A stretch of DNA of 64,000 nucleotides from an uncultured delta proteobacterium (GCA_963810935.1 CAWEPK010000012.1:256001-320000), one strand, 5' to 3'. Counted from the first letter of the stretch, positions 1-11,026 are shown. Notes: generated by a model not told the origin, from the letters alone. Made by a program: numbers and translations.

Positions 1-306
1 AACTTTCTTCACAGGTAAACCAAGACTTTCTCTTCTATTGCGCAGTGTTCGGGCGGGTTCATCAACAGCGCTGGACAAAATAGCACTACCGTGCTCGAAA
101 ACTTCGAGGAGTTTGGGCAGACCAAAGGTCTGTAGTGCTTCCCACGCAGACAATCGATGGCCCTTAGCTTCCGGAGAGTCCTCCGCCAGTTGGACCTGGC
201 TTCGAACAAAAAGTCTGGTAGAAGTTTGCGCCCTTTCTCTGGCAGTTTTACCCGCACTTTCCGGGCCAAACACTAAATCGAGGTCGCGTACGTTTTCTAA
301 AGCCAT
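1..306 (-). CDS. 5' part of a protein entering an XRE-type HTH (possibly HTH-ImmA/IrrE-like); runs off the window
   Basis: Manual translation from ATG 306 gives MALENVRDLDLVFGPES...DEPARTLRNRRESLGLPVKKV, open to the window edge; the start overlaps the stop of the upstream ORF. Not in the ORF track. Confidence 0.55.
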   Translation of the reverse strand, partial: MALENVRDLDLVFGPESAGKTARERAQTSTRLFVRSQVQLAEDSPEAKGHRLSAWEALQTFGLPKLLEVFEHGSAILSSAVDEPARTLRNRRESLGLPVKKV

Positions 307-869
307 GTCAAATTTTCCGTTTGAGATCTATGTGCTCTATTACTTTCTTCATCCCAGCCTAAATTGGCCACCTTATAGCCGGCAGTTTTAAAGGCCTCAG
401 CGACACTTTGCAGCTCTTTTGCGTTTCGTGGCTTATAACGTGAGGAACTGCCGTTGAGCATGATAGTCATTGGATCGCGAAACCATAATTCACCGGCGGT
501 GTGGGCATCGGCACCGCCCGTAAGGTTGGTATGTGCCAGCCTACCCCGTTTTAAGGCTGTTGCCGTTGCATGATGCTCGAGTGCTCCTGGAAGTGTTTCT
601 AAAGCTACCACCCAAAGGTATTTGCAAGCCTCACTTTGAGGCACGTCAGCATCTGAACAGGGGGGCACTCCGAAAATGATCCCGGCTGCTGGGGGATAAA
701 CTAATTCAAAGAGCCCATCTTGTGCGCCAATTTGATCTACCTCATCTTGATATTGCTTCAAAGCTAAATTCGGTGAGCGTGCGGGATAGTTTCTGCGATG
801 GGCTTCACAGTTGTCAGAAACGCGAGTGTTCCCAGTACGGTTCATGACCTTTCCTGCATCCAAGTGCAT
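297..869 (-). CDS. Hypothetical protein with toxin-like motif H-x3-GG-x5-AGE...N-x-SS-R-Y-x-P
   Basis: 190-aa ORF in an AT-richer islet, containing HTNLTGGADAHTAGELWF...NGSSSRYKP; coupled to the downstream HTH gene. Confidence 0.55.
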   Translation of the reverse strand: MHLDAGKVMNRTGNTRVSDNCEAHRRNYPARSPNLALKQYQDEVDQIGAQDGLFELVYPPAAGIIFGVPPCSDADVPQSEACKYLWVVALETLPGALEHHATATALKRGRLAHTNLTGGADAHTAGELWFRDPMTIMLNGSSSRYKPRNAKELQSVAEAFKTAGYKVANLGWDEESNRAHRSQTENLTWL

Positions 870-1298
870 CCAATAGCCTTAGAAGACGGTTTCAGGATCT
901 CTTGTGCTCTCCGTCTTAGAATCTCTATTTTATCACAAACACTCCGAGCAGAGGTAACTTTTTATGAAGGGTCCTGGGGCAAGGTCTTGAATTATCAGGT
1001 TTGTTGCTGTGGGGTTCGCCAAAGCGCCTCATCAAAAGCAATCAGCGGCCCCAATCAGAGCAACGTCGGGAGCCCATAGGACCGTGAACGAATACATAAC
1101 TCCAACCTCTGGAAAGACGAAGGGATAGATTACGTTTTGGGTCCGCGCCCGCCTTCTCCGGCCCCACCACATGAGTCAATTATAACCACTAGTAATGGTG
1201 TATTGCAAGAAAAACAATTGAGCGGCACACTTTCAGGAAGACTATAACTTCGTCACGCTTATTATCCAGTCCAAACGGCGGCCTCCGGCTATTTTGGA

Positions 1299-1453
1299 CG
1301 GGGCGCCCGCCCGACGTGAGGAGGGGAGGGTCGAGCACCGTGATCGAGGAGCCGCCGCCCGGAGCGTACTCTTTGTGTACGTGAGGACGTGCGGCCCGGA
1401 GAGACAGGCCGGGGAGAGGCGCGCGGTCGGACGCCAAAAGAGCCGGAGGCCAC
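1299..1453 (+). repeat. Intergenic repeat family A copy, preceded by a module shared with family B
   Basis: Core GGAGCGTAC-N-GTACGTGAGGACG; 1299-1337 matches the reverse complement of about 14966-15003. Confidence 0.8.
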
Positions 1454-1458
1454 CCCCC

Positions 1459-2914
1459 CTACCGTAACACTACCTGTACCGTCCCTGCATTGCCGCTCTT
1501 CCGGTCCACCGCCAGTAGCGTGACCCGCTGGTGCGGCTTCAGCGGTGCTGTCGAGCTCTACAAACGACTCTATGCCTGTGATGGCCCGGCCGTCTATCTC
1601 AAGGATCAAATCGCCTACCTCGAAGCCGACCGCGCCGAGCGGGCCTTTCGGCTCCACTGACGCCACCGCGACCCCCTGCCTTCTGCCCAGCCCGAGCTGC
1701 TCCGCCTCTTTGGGCGTTACCGCCCTCACCTCTACGCCGAACCGTTCCTTGATGACGCCGACCGTGTACTTTACGGCCTCCTGGAGGCTCGCGATCTTGA
1801 TGACTATGTCGAGCTTCTTGCCCTGGCGCATGACCGTTAGTTTTGCGTCCTGGCCTACGGGCGTCACTCCGGCCATCGCCCGCGCCCCAGCCGCGTCGTT
1901 CACCTCGCTCCCCTCGTATGCGACGATCACGTCGTTTTTCTGGAGGCCCGCGCGCTCCGCAGGCCCACCCTTCGCCACCTCTGCGACCAGCGCGCCCCGC
2001 GTGGCGTTTATGCCCAGCGACCTTGCAATATCCGGCGTCAGGTCGCGCAGGCCCACGCCCATCCAGCCGCGCTCGACCTTACCGTGGGCGATCAGCGTCC
2101 TGACTACGTGGACCGCCATGTTGCTCGGTATCGCGAAGCCTATCCCTTCAGAGCCGCCCGACTGCGACGCAATGGCCGTATTGACGCCGATCACCTCTCC
2201 GTACAGGTTAAGGAGCGGCCCGCCGCTGTTGCCTGGGTTGATCGCAGCATCCGTCTGTAGGAAGTCCTGGTAACCCGTGGGGTCCGTGACCCCGCGCCTG
2301 TGCTTTGCGCTGATGATGCCCTGGGTGACCGTCTGGTCGAGGCCCCTGGGGTGGCCTATCGCGATGACCCACTCGCCGACCTCCATCCTGTCCGAGTCGC
2401 CGAAGGTAATGTACGGCAGGGGCTCCTTCGTCTGGATGCGAACTACGGCAAGGTCCGTCTTGGGGTCGCCGCCCACGAGCTTCGCCGGAAGCTTACGGCC
2501 GTCCGCAAGCAACACCTCTATTTTTGTGGCGCCCCCCGCCACGTGATAATTCGTCAATATGTTGCCTTTCGTATCGATTATCATGCCGCTGCCCAGCCCT
2601 CTCAATACCTGGAACTTCTTGGGCTGTCTGGAATTGCCGAAGAACTGGCGGAAAAAGGGATCGTTCTCGAAGGGGAAGAAAGACGGGACTTCCACCTCTT
2701 TGCGCTCGATCACGTCCAGATGCACTACGGCAGGAATATTCTGCTTTGCGACCTGCACGATGGCGCTGCTAAGGTCGGCGGGCTTCTTCCTGCCCGCCGT
2801 CTCGCCCTGCACGGGAAGGCAAAGGACGAGCAGGGCGCAAGCGGCCGCTGCGGCCGCAATAGCTGCCGCGCAAGCGCCGCTCTTCAGGCTCGGTAAGTAA
2901 CCGGATCGAAACAT
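1459..2914 (-). CDS. degP: Do/DegP/HtrA family serine protease with two PDZ domains (frameshift near 1545)
   Basis: TNYHV, DLAV and QTDAAINPGNSGGPL motifs plus signal peptide; the true C-terminus LKPHQRVTLLAVDRKSGNAGTVQVVLR* lies in another frame, ending at 1459. Confidence 0.9.
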
Positions 2915-2999
2915 ATCTTAGAAGACCTCCTTGATCGTCGCTGTCGATAAATGTCTGTATACGATGCTCGTAAGCGGCCGTTCGCCGCTGCCGCGACCG

Positions 3000-3884
3000 C
3001 TACTGCTTACGGAATTCCAGTGCAGCCGGGTCCCATTCGTATCTGATCATGCCTTTTTCCAGGCGCTCCGCCCCTTTCGTCGCTGTAAAGGGCGCAAGTA
3101 TCCCCACAATGTTGCCCTTCATGTCTTTCTTAAGAATGACAGCCGCGCTGTAGACAGTCTTCTCCCCGCCCGCTCCCCCGGCGTATTCTTCCCGGCTCTT
3201 CAGCACCGTGCCCGCGCGCTTCGCGCCGCCCGCATAGAACGAATAAAAGTTTACCTGCTCCTGCCTGGCCGGGTCCACCTGGCAGCACGGGTTGTCGCCC
3301 GTTTTGAGGAAGGTGAGGCCCACCACCGCGCGCCCGTGGATGCGGGCCGTTTTTTCCCGGCGGATGCGGGTCATGGTAGCGCAGTCGTCGCAATCTTTAT
3401 CGTCGGGCATCATCACGAGGCGCGATGTAGCACGGCCTATGACGAGCGAAGCAAGCCTCTCGTCGCGGAATTTACTCTCGTAACCACGGACAGTGGAGAA
3501 ACACCCGTAGGAGAGAAGCGCCCCGACAGGCGCATCCTCGCCCGCGCTGTCCACGTGGAGCACGCTCACCGACATGGCCGCAGTCCCCGCGGCAGCCTCC
3601 CCCCATCGGCTCACCATCTCCTTGCAGCCATTGCTGTAGACCTCGGGCAGTGCGCCAAGCAATATCCGCCGCACAATCCCCTCGGGAAGCTCGCGGCCCT
3701 CGCCCTTGCCGGTGCGCAGGAAGAATTCCCTCAGAGTATTGTGGTCCTGCCCCTCGATAGCAGTCGTCCCTTCCACCTCCGGCAGGTTCAACCGGCAGAA
3801 TGCGGGCGAAGGTAACCCGACGCAAAGCACCGCCAGCGCCACGACCGCCGGAAAGACATAAACGTTCCATCTCGTCATCGCCAC
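3000..3884 (-). CDS. Exported hypothetical protein, Cys-containing
   Basis: 294-aa ORF with an N-terminal signal peptide. Confidence 0.7.
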   Translation of the reverse strand: MAMTRWNVYVFPAVVALAVLCVGLPSPAFCRLNLPEVEGTTAIEGQDHNTLREFFLRTGKGEGRELPEGIVRRILLGALPEVYSNGCKEMVSRWGEAAAGTAAMSVSVLHVDSAGEDAPVGALLSYGCFSTVRGYESKFRDERLASLVIGRATSRLVMMPDDKDCDDCATMTRIRREKTARIHGRAVVGLTFLKTGDNPCCQVDPARQEQVNFYSFYAGGAKRAGTVLKSREEYAGGAGGEKTVYSAAVILKKDMKGNIVGILAPFTATKGAERLEKGMIRYEWDPAALEFRKQ

Positions 3885-3976
3885 TGATTATGCCATAAAT
3901 TTTTTGCAGGCGGCAAGCCCAATCAACTAAATCCGGGAGTGATGGTTTCGGGAGAGTGAGAAAGAAATGTTTCCGT

Positions 3977-4474
3977 CTATTTATGCCCGCCGGGTATGCC
4001 GACCCTGACGAGCTGTGGTTTCAGGACTCGTATCAATTCCTGCGGGTCGAGGCCGACCAGCAGCCCGCGCCTGCCACCGTTTATGTATAGCTTCGGCAGG
4101 GCCGCTATCGTCTCTTCCATGTAGACGGGCATGGTCTTGCGCGTGCCGAAAGGCGATATGCCGCCCACCATGTAGCCCGTGTTCTTTTGCGCAGTCTCCG
4201 GGCTGCATGTCACGACCCGCTTCACACCGAGAAGACGGGCCAGCTCTTTCGTCGAGACCTCTTCGTCCCCGTGCATCAGCACGACTACCGGCCGCTTCTC
4301 CTCGTCTTCCATGAGCAGTGTCTTTATGACACTGTGCTCGTCCACGTGAAGCTCGCGGGCGCAGACTGCCGTGCCTCCCCTGTCCTCATACTTGTAGGGG
4401 TGCTCGCTGAAGGCAACACCGTTGTCGCGCAACGCGCGGATGGCAGGTGTTGAAGGCAATTTGTCTTTACTCAT
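3977..4474 (-). CDS. ybaK: Cys-tRNA(Pro) deacylase, YbaK/EbsC family
   Basis: TPAIRAL, VIKTL, GYMVGGISPFG and INGGRRG motifs. Confidence 0.92.
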   Translation of the reverse strand: MSKDKLPSTPAIRALRDNGVAFSEHPYKYEDRGGTAVCARELHVDEHSVIKTLLMEDEEKRPVVVLMHGDEEVSTKELARLLGVKRVVTCSPETAQKNTGYMVGGISPFGTRKTMPVYMEETIAALPKLYINGGRRGLLVGLDPQELIRVLKPQLVRVGIPGGHK

Positions 4475-4498
4475 GACCAACCACCGTCGCCTCTCCGA

Positions 4499-5305
4499 TC
4501 ATATTTTTAGGAGTTCTTTGACTTTTTTGACGATCGACCGTTTTACTTCGATCTTAAGGTACAGGTCGCCTCCGCCCTGCCCCATGCCGCGCAGCCTTAC
4601 CGATTGGCCGTCTTTTATGCCCGCCGGTATGGTGATCGCAAGCCGCCTGCCCATTTTGTCGAGGTACTCCACGCGCCCGCCCCGATCGGCCTCCCCCTCG
4701 TCGAGGGTCAGCCTGTCGTGCATGTCGCCCCCCTGCCCTACGCCCATGAGCCTATTCATGGCGTACCTGCCGAGTGCGCCCACCGCCCTGGCCAGTATGC
4801 CCGGCTGCCCAGCGAGCTCTCTCCCTGCCTGGCCGCCACCCTCCACCTCGCGCCTTGCGCCCTTGCCGCCCCATCTCATGCCGGGGCCGAAAATAATCAC
4901 CCTGCCGAACATGCCCGGCCCCCGGAACTCCCTCGTCCTGTAAACGCCGTGCTCGCGGAAGACCTCCTCGAAGCCCCGGACGCCGAAGGTCCGCGCCATC
5001 TCCTCGAAGATCTGGCCGATATCGGAATTTTTGAAGATGTCCTGCTCGGAGTATGTCTGCCTGAAGCGGTCGTGGGCCGAAGGGCCGTACTGCTCGGCCA
5101 GCATGTCGTACCTGGCCCGTTTTTCGGTGTCGGAGAGCACGGCATACGCCTCGTTTATCTCCTTCATCTTCTCGACGGCCGCCGGGTCGCCCTCGTTCCT
5201 GTCCGGATGGTACTGCAAGGCCAGCTTCCGGTAAGCCTCTTTGATCTCCTGAGGGCCCGCGTGCTTCTCGATCTCGAGCACCAGGTAATAATCTTTAGTG
5301 TTCAC
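4499..5305 (-). CDS. DnaJ-class (CbpA-like) co-chaperone
   Basis: J domain with HPD (YHPDRN); C-terminal [17 protein letters not shown]...GDLYL. Confidence 0.88.
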   Translation of the reverse strand: MNTKDYYLVLEIEKHAGPQEIKEAYRKLALQYHPDRNEGDPAAVEKMKEINEAYAVLSDTEKRARYDMLAEQYGPSAHDRFRQTYSEQDIFKNSDIGQIFEEMARTFGVRGFEEVFREHGVYRTREFRGPGMFGRVIIFGPGMRWGGKGARREVEGGGQAGRELAGQPGILARAVGALGRYAMNRLMGVGQGGDMHDRLTLDEGEADRGGRVEYLDKMGRRLAITIPAGIKDGQSVRLRGMGQGGGDLYLKIEVKRSIVKKVKELLKI

Positions 5306-5460
5306 GCTTGCCGCTCCATTGCCTTCACCGCCCTTAAAATAAGGTCATAAATCAACGCCATGTCAAACAGTCCGGCCGCCTGGCAGGCCAAACGGTGCAC
5401 TATTGTACCATGCAAACGGGCAGGCTTGACATTTCGATACTACATGTAGTATCATCATCT

Positions 5461-5724
5461 ATGGTCGCCACCCGCAAGAAACTCGCCGCAATGCGCAATA
5501 ACCCGCGAGGCAACTGGAAAATTGAGGACTTACACACGGTGGCCGCGGATTGGGGCATCGAGATAAGGAATGCGGGAGGGAGCCATCATATTTTCTCCCA
5601 CCCCGATATCGATTTTCACCTGACCGTCCCGGCCCGCAGGCCCATTAAATCTGTATATATAAGGAAGTTTATCGATATGATCGATGAGATCAACGATAAA
5701 ACAGCAAAAGGGGTGACTAAATGA
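5461..5724 (+). CDS. hicA: HicA family toxin
   Basis: GGSHHIFSHP and PARRPIKSVYI motifs; ATGA overlap with hicB. Confidence 0.85.
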   Translation: MVATRKKLAAMRNNPRGNWKIEDLHTVAADWGIEIRNAGGSHHIFSHPDIDFHLTVPARRPIKSVYIRKFIDMIDEINDKTAKGVTK

Positions 5725-6155
5725 AGCGTGTAAAGAACATCGAGCGCGTGGAGCCTCCGTATCCGTTCGAGGCGTATGCACACGTTGCTACCCCCCTGGG
5801 TAAGGAGGACGGGGGAGGCTACCTGATTACTTTTCCCGATCTTCCGGGCTGTATGTCCGACGGCGACACGCTGGAGGAAGCCGTGGAGAACGCCCGAGAC
5901 GCCTTCGCCGGTTGGGTCTCGGCGCAAATCGACGTGGGACGAAAAGTACCTCAACCCCAGTGGCAGCCGGAGACCGCTGCCGATGTCTCGGGTAAATTTG
6001 TTCAGCGCGTCCCGAAAACCGTCCACGCAAGACTAGTCCGACGGGCAAAGGCGGAGGGAGTGAGCCTCAACAGCCTGGTGCTGACCTTTATCGCGGAAGG
6101 GTTGGGGAAACGGGAAGAAAAAAACCCGAAGACCGGCCACAGACAGGCCGGCTGA
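5721..6155 (+). CDS. hicB: HicB family antitoxin with C-terminal RHH
   Basis: GGGYLITFPDLPGCMSDGDTLEEA; SGKFVQRVPKTVHARL...EGVSLN. Confidence 0.9.
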   Translation: MKRVKNIERVEPPYPFEAYAHVATPLGKEDGGGYLITFPDLPGCMSDGDTLEEAVENARDAFAGWVSAQIDVGRKVPQPQWQPETAADVSGKFVQRVPKTVHARLVRRAKAEGVSLNSLVLTFIAEGLGKREEKNPKTGHRQAG

Positions 6156-6175
6156 TTACGGCCACTTGCCTTGGC

Positions 6176-6313
6176 GACGAGCCGAGGTTCATGGTGATGG
6201 GCAGGATCGGTGAAAAGCATTGGTCGGCCGTCATCACTTATCGGGCCGGGAGGATCAGAATAATCTCGGTGCGCAGGTCGCGGAAAGAGGAGGTCGATCT
6301 TTATGAAGGCTGA
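6176..6313 (+). pseudogene. brnT: 5'-truncated BrnT family toxin
   Basis: Manual translation DEPRFMVMGRIGEKHWSAVITYRAGRIRIISVRRSRKEEVDLYEG*; N-terminal half absent. Confidence 0.8.
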
Positions 6314-6527
6314 AGAATTCGACAAAAAATTCGATGCGGGGGAAGACGTAACGAAATACCTCGACGCCTCGAAGGCCAGAAGGCCCGGCCAGGAGCAGAA
6401 GAGGGTGAACGTCGATTTCCCCGCGTGGATGGTCCGCCTCCTCGACAAGGAGGCAAGACGCCTCGCCGTGCCCCGGCAGGCCATCATCAAGGTATGGATA
6501 GGCGAGCGCCTGGAAAAAACAGGCTGA
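6303..6527 (+). CDS. BrnA/CopG-like antitoxin
   Basis: MKAEEFDKKFDAGEDV...KRVNVDFPAWM...RQAIIKVWI; overlaps the brnT stop. Confidence 0.85.
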   Translation: MKAEEFDKKFDAGEDVTKYLDASKARRPGQEQKRVNVDFPAWMVRLLDKEARRLAVPRQAIIKVWIGERLEKTG

Positions 6528-6655
6528 TTGCGCGCCTGGCGGCCTTTCCCTCCGGCCGCCCCACCCTCCCTCGCTCGCTTCATCCGGTCTCCCCGCCCGT
6601 CACCCATTTTGCCGTTGACATAGACCGCCCGCGCCGTGTTATCATATGGCATACT

Positions 6656-6800
6656 GGTACTCAGGGCGGGGTGGAAGTCCCCACCGGCGGTATCCCGGTT
6701 TTGAGCCGGGGAGCCCGCGAGCGCCCCTTCTTCCAGGAAGGGGGTCAGCAGACCTGGTGAAAAGCCAGGGCCGACGGTTACAGTCCGGACGGAAGAGCAT
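6656..6800 (+). ncRNA. FMN riboswitch (RFN element)
   Basis: CAGGGCGGGGTGGAAGTCCCCACCGGCGGT...AGCCCGCGAGCG...AGCAGACCTGGTGAAAAGCCAGGGCCGACGGTTACAGTCCGGACGGAAGAG, directly upstream of ribB. Confidence 0.95.
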
Positions 6801-6911
6801 CGGGCGAATATCTGCAACACCCGCAAGCGGGCCTGTCGCCCGCGCGGACCTCGTGCCTTTTCTTCCCATATCCCTCTGAACCGGCAAAATTCAGCGTTGA
6901 GGAGGAACACC

Positions 6912-7559
6912 ATGAGAGAACAGGTCCTCGCCGGTTTCGGCGGCCCGCTCGAACGGGTCGAGAATGCCCTCGCTGCCATAGCCGCAGGCCGTGGCGTCCT
7001 CGTAACCGATGACGAAAAACGGGAGAACGAGGGAGACATCATCTTTGCTGCAGAGAGCATCACCGAAGCGCAGATGGCAATGCTCATCAGAGAGGGCAGC
7101 GGGATCGTCTGCCTCTGCCTCACCCCGGAAAAGGTGCAGGAGCTCGGCCTGCCGATGATGGTAGAGAGGAATTCCAGCCGCTTCGGCACTGCCTTCACGG
7201 TGACCATCGAGGCAGCAGAGGGCGTAACGACGGGTGTCTCCGCCCATGACAGGGTCGCCACAATAAAGGCTGCCGTCGCGGACGGCGCGGTGCCGGAGCA
7301 CCTCCACCGCCCCGGCCATGTCTTCCCACTGAGGGCGCGGGCGGGCGGCGTCCTTGAAAGGCAGGGCCACACGGAGGCAGCCGTCGATCTCGCCCGGCTG
7401 GCCGGGTTAAGGCCCTGCGGCGTGCTCTGCGAGCTTATGAACGCGGACGGCACCATGGCCCATTTGCCTGAGATAACGGCCTTCGCCCGCGCCCACGCGA
7501 TGCCCGTGGTTACTGTCGGTGACCTGGTGAGATACAGAAACAACGGGCAAACGCACTGA
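6912..7559 (+). CDS. ribB: 3,4-dihydroxy-2-butanone-4-phosphate synthase
   Basis: [26 protein letters not shown] and RQGHTEA motifs; GGAGGA RBS. Confidence 0.95.
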   Translation: MREQVLAGFGGPLERVENALAAIAAGRGVLVTDDEKRENEGDIIFAAESITEAQMAMLIREGSGIVCLCLTPEKVQELGLPMMVERNSSRFGTAFTVTIEAAEGVTTGVSAHDRVATIKAAVADGAVPEHLHRPGHVFPLRARAGGVLERQGHTEAAVDLARLAGLRPCGVLCELMNADGTMAHLPEITAFARAHAMPVVTVGDLVRYRNNGQTH

Positions 7560-7609
7560 AAGGCGGGCCAACGGAAAGCGAGATATAGCGGCCCGCGCCT
7601 AACGTCGCC

Positions 7610-9175
7610 CTATCTCCCCCCGTCTACGTACGTGAAGGCGCCTATGTCCCACGCACCCGGCTGCCTTGCCCTCCCCTGCATGTCTGCCGACGATACGCCG
7701 GCGGGCCACTCGCCGGTCAGGTCTTGACCTGTGCCCCTTGCGCCGGAGGTGGGCATCAGGGTGTAGTCGTCTTTGTCCGGGTCCGCGAAGCCCGCGAACC
7801 TCCCGCCGCCGGAGTCGAGGCTGTGGGCATCCTTCCCCCAATATGCCTGCCAGTCGGCAAGGTTGGGCCTGCCGCCGAACGCATATTCCCTGAACCGCTT
7901 CTCGCCGCCCGGCGCGTCGTACCATCTTATGAGCTTCCCTTCATCGCTGCCCGAATCATACAAGTTGTAGTCCGCGTTGTAGCGTATCGTCCCACAGTCG
8001 TGCGCCCATACTGCATGGGCCGTGCTGCCGTAAATAATCGTGTTTTTCACGGTCACTATCGTCGGCCTCGAGAAGGCGAGGGTGTCGAGATAAAGCCCGT
8101 AGACGTTCTTTGCCGAAACACAGTTGTACAGGTAAGCTGTCGGCCCCTTGCAGACGGACCACCCAGACCCGTTTTTGCGGCTCACGCAGTTGAGGTACCA
8201 GACCCTCGACTGGCCGGGCACGTCGTCGAGGGCGCACCTGAAGCCCACCCCGTTGCCGTACGCCTCGCAGTCGAGATAGACGATGCGGTCCGTGACGGTC
8301 GATATGGGCCATCCGGCGCTGGCCGCATCGAAGCCCCTGCCTCCATTGTCACGGGCTGTGCACTTCTCGAATTTTATATTCGTGCTGTTCATGCACCTGA
8401 AGCCCGCGCCTGCCTGCAAGTCTATGGAATCGGGGCCTTTAGCCCCGTAGCCATGCGCGACGCAATCGCGGACAGCGCCGTTGGAGCAGCCGAGCGTCTG
8501 GCCGCCTATGGAAAACCCTGCGCCGAGCGGCACGCCGCCGCCGTCCGCCTCGACGTCCTCCACAAGAAAGCCGTCCTGGTTGCGCAGTACCACGCCGGGG
8601 CCGTCGTTGCCTGTTAAAAGCAGATTGCGGATAACGAGCCCCTGCATCTTCTGCCCTTCCGACAGGCCGATTGCCCGCAATGCAGCGCCGCTGCTGTTCC
8701 GCACTACGATGCCGCCGGGGCCGCCGCCGTCGATCTGCACGTTGTCGATGCCGACGACGGAGAACGCAGCGTCGTGATGGCCGACCGTCCGGCCCGCGCA
8801 GTCTACAACCACCGCGCCCGACCCCCATGACGGGTCGCACTTGATCGTGATGGGCTCGGCCTTCGTGCCGCTCTCGTACCACTGGCCGTCGATGACGACC
8901 TTTGCATAGAGCGTCGAGCCTGCTTTCAGGACGATCGTATCTCCCGCCCTGATCTTCTCCCACCCCGCCCCCGGCGCACCGCCTGACGCAGCCGCGTAAG
9001 AACCCGGTATGTTCTGCCAAGCCGCAGACTGGCTTATGCCCGGGTTAGCGTCGTTCCCCGCCGCAGAATCGACATAGTAGACCGACGCCCCCGCGCACAA
9101 AGGCGCAACCAGGCAGAAGAGCAAGACCAAAAGCAGGACAGCCGCAGGCCGAGTATGTAACATTCCCGACATCAT
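7610..9175 (-). CDS. Secreted right-handed parallel beta-helix (pectin-lyase-like) protein
   Basis: Signal peptide, YYVDSAAGNDANPG, N-x-G-x-G repeats, C-terminal D-x-x-G-x-x-R...DIGAFTY; start uncertain. Confidence 0.75.
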   Translation of the reverse strand: MMSGMLHTRPAAVLLLVLLFCLVAPLCAGASVYYVDSAAGNDANPGISQSAAWQNIPGSYAAASGGAPGAGWEKIRAGDTIVLKAGSTLYAKVVIDGQWYESGTKAEPITIKCDPSWGSGAVVVDCAGRTVGHHDAAFSVVGIDNVQIDGGGPGGIVVRNSSGAALRAIGLSEGQKMQGLVIRNLLLTGNDGPGVVLRNQDGFLVEDVEADGGGVPLGAGFSIGGQTLGCSNGAVRDCVAHGYGAKGPDSIDLQAGAGFRCMNSTNIKFEKCTARDNGGRGFDAASAGWPISTVTDRIVYLDCEAYGNGVGFRCALDDVPGQSRVWYLNCVSRKNGSGWSVCKGPTAYLYNCVSAKNVYGLYLDTLAFSRPTIVTVKNTIIYGSTAHAVWAHDCGTIRYNADYNLYDSGSDEGKLIRWYDAPGGEKRFREYAFGGRPNLADWQAYWGKDAHSLDSGGGRFAGFADPDKDDYTLMPTSGARGTGQDLTGEWPAGVSSADMQGRARQPGAWDIGAFTYVDGGR

Positions 9176-9325
9176 AGCATGTAGTTTTAGTAAATTGGTT
9201 CTAATTCTGTCAAGCGTTTTCAGAGTATTGCACTTCACGTACCCAACATTTTATAGACGAACCCAAGGGAGGGGTGTAGAATGAAATGCACTGTAAATAG
9301 TAACAGTTTAAGGGAGGATATGATT

Positions 9326-11026
9326 ATGACTGAGGATTCTCGATATCTCCTCAAGACCCTTCTTGACCAGACTAGAGTAGCCAATTACCCCTCTCTGGCA
9401 CCAGATAAATATTTTGAGATATTTAGTGCTCATCAAGCCTTAAAGGCTAGGCACTTTAACCCTGACCCAACGGAGATCGAATCAGGAATCGTAGGTGGTG
9501 ATGGTGATGGGGGCGTGGACGGCTTTTATTTGTTTGTTAACAAGAAATTTATTCGTGAGGACACCGATCCAGCTATCTTTAAAGATCAACAGATCAACAT
9601 TGAAGTAGTGATTGTGCAAGGAAAGAATAAGGCATCATTTGAAGAGTCGGTCCCTATGAAATTGAGCGATTTTATAGAGCACTGTCTCCGCCTAAGCGCC
9701 GATATCACATCATCTCAATTGTATAGTGATAGTCTTCTGACTCTTGTTAAGAAATTTCACGCGATTTACAAACCAGCTATATCGTTCCGTCCGGCTCTGA
9801 GTATTAATTTTTTCCACGTGACTTTAGGAGAACAAATTGACGATAAGGTAAAAGCTCGCGCCGAGTTATTGGAACAAAAAACTAAAGAGTCCTTTCCCAC
9901 TTCCGACTGTCACTATAATTTTATCGGCGGGAGAGCTTTGATTGATCTGTACTACCAACAGCCCGAGAGTACGTTATTGCTACCTATCCGGAAGTACTTT
10001 GATTATCAATCTTTCGGTAAAACCGCTTTTGTCTGTGTCGTTTCACTCCCAGATTATTATGACTTCATCAGGGATGGTCTTTCTCTGCGAGAATACATGT
10101 TTGAGGCTAATGTTCGAGACCACGCGCCAGATGCGACAGTAAATAAAGCTATTCATACTACGCTTGCTGTGCCTGACAATGATGACTTCTGGTGGCTAAA
10201 CAACGGCATTACTATTCTTGCATCTGACGTTTCTTATACCGGCAACGCGCTCAGGCTTACCGACCCTCAAATTGTCAACGGATTGCAAACCTCACACGAA
10301 GTATTCAACCATTTTGCGGAAGCAGTTTTGTTTAGGCCCCAGGATAATCGTTCCGTGATGGTGAAAGTAATCAGGAACATTGACGCAGATACATCGGATC
10401 GAATTATAAGAGCGACGAATAGCCAGACAAAAATAGAGTCTATTAATCTTCACGCCTCGGAACAGATTCACAGGGACATTGAAACGGCCCTGAAGAACGT
10501 TGATTTATTCTATGACAGAAGGAAGAATTTCTATCTGAACAAGGGCGCGTCCGCCTCGAAGATCATCACAATCGGATACATGGCCCAAGCTATAACGGCT
10601 ATTGTGTTGCAGCAACCGAACGACGCGAGAGCGCGACCAACGACTGTAGCTGATAAGAACTATAAGAAATTATTCTCGGATATATACCCGATTCAGCTAT
10701 ACCCGAAGTGTGCTCAAATTATGAAGCGGGTTGATTTGTATCTGGATGAAAAAGGCCTTACCCAAGGGACAAAGCTAAATCTCGTATTCTATCTTGGCAT
10801 GTATGCCACTTCTGCCGCATTCAAGATAGTTAAGCCAAATACGGCTAAAATAGCGTCTTGCGACATGTCTTTGTTGGCGGAATCTCTTTTGGATGGGTGT
10901 TATGCTTGGCTTTTGGAGACATTTGCGAAACTTGGCGGTAGTGACACAACCGCGAAAGGTCCGACCTTAGTGGCGGCTTTGAAAGAGCACATTAACGGGG
11001 AATATGGACGCCGCCCTGCTTTTTAA
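9326..11026 (+). CDS. AIPR family protein (abortive-infection/RM-associated)
   Basis: GDGGVDG, FEANVRD, FWWLNNGITI, QIVNGLQTS, ATNSQT and YDRRKN motifs; AT-richer than its flanks. Confidence 0.9.
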   Translation: MTEDSRYLLKTLLDQTRVANYPSLAPDKYFEIFSAHQALKARHFNPDPTEIESGIVGGDGDGGVDGFYLFVNKKFIREDTDPAIFKDQQINIEVVIVQGKNKASFEESVPMKLSDFIEHCLRLSADITSSQLYSDSLLTLVKKFHAIYKPAISFRPALSINFFHVTLGEQIDDKVKARAELLEQKTKESFPTSDCHYNFIGGRALIDLYYQQPESTLLLPIRKYFDYQSFGKTAFVCVVSLPDYYDFIRDGLSLREYMFEANVRDHAPDATVNKAIHTTLAVPDNDDFWWLNNGITILASDVSYTGNALRLTDPQIVNGLQTSHEVFNHFAEAVLFRPQDNRSVMVKVIRNIDADTSDRIIRATNSQTKIESINLHASEQIHRDIETALKNVDLFYDRRKNFYLNKGASASKIITIGYMAQAITAIVLQQPNDARARPTTVADKNYKKLFSDIYPIQLYPKCAQIMKRVDLYLDEKGLTQGTKLNLVFYLGMYATSAAFKIVKPNTAKIASCDMSLLAESLLDGCYAWLLETFAKLGGSDTTAKGPTLVAALKEHINGEYGRRPAF

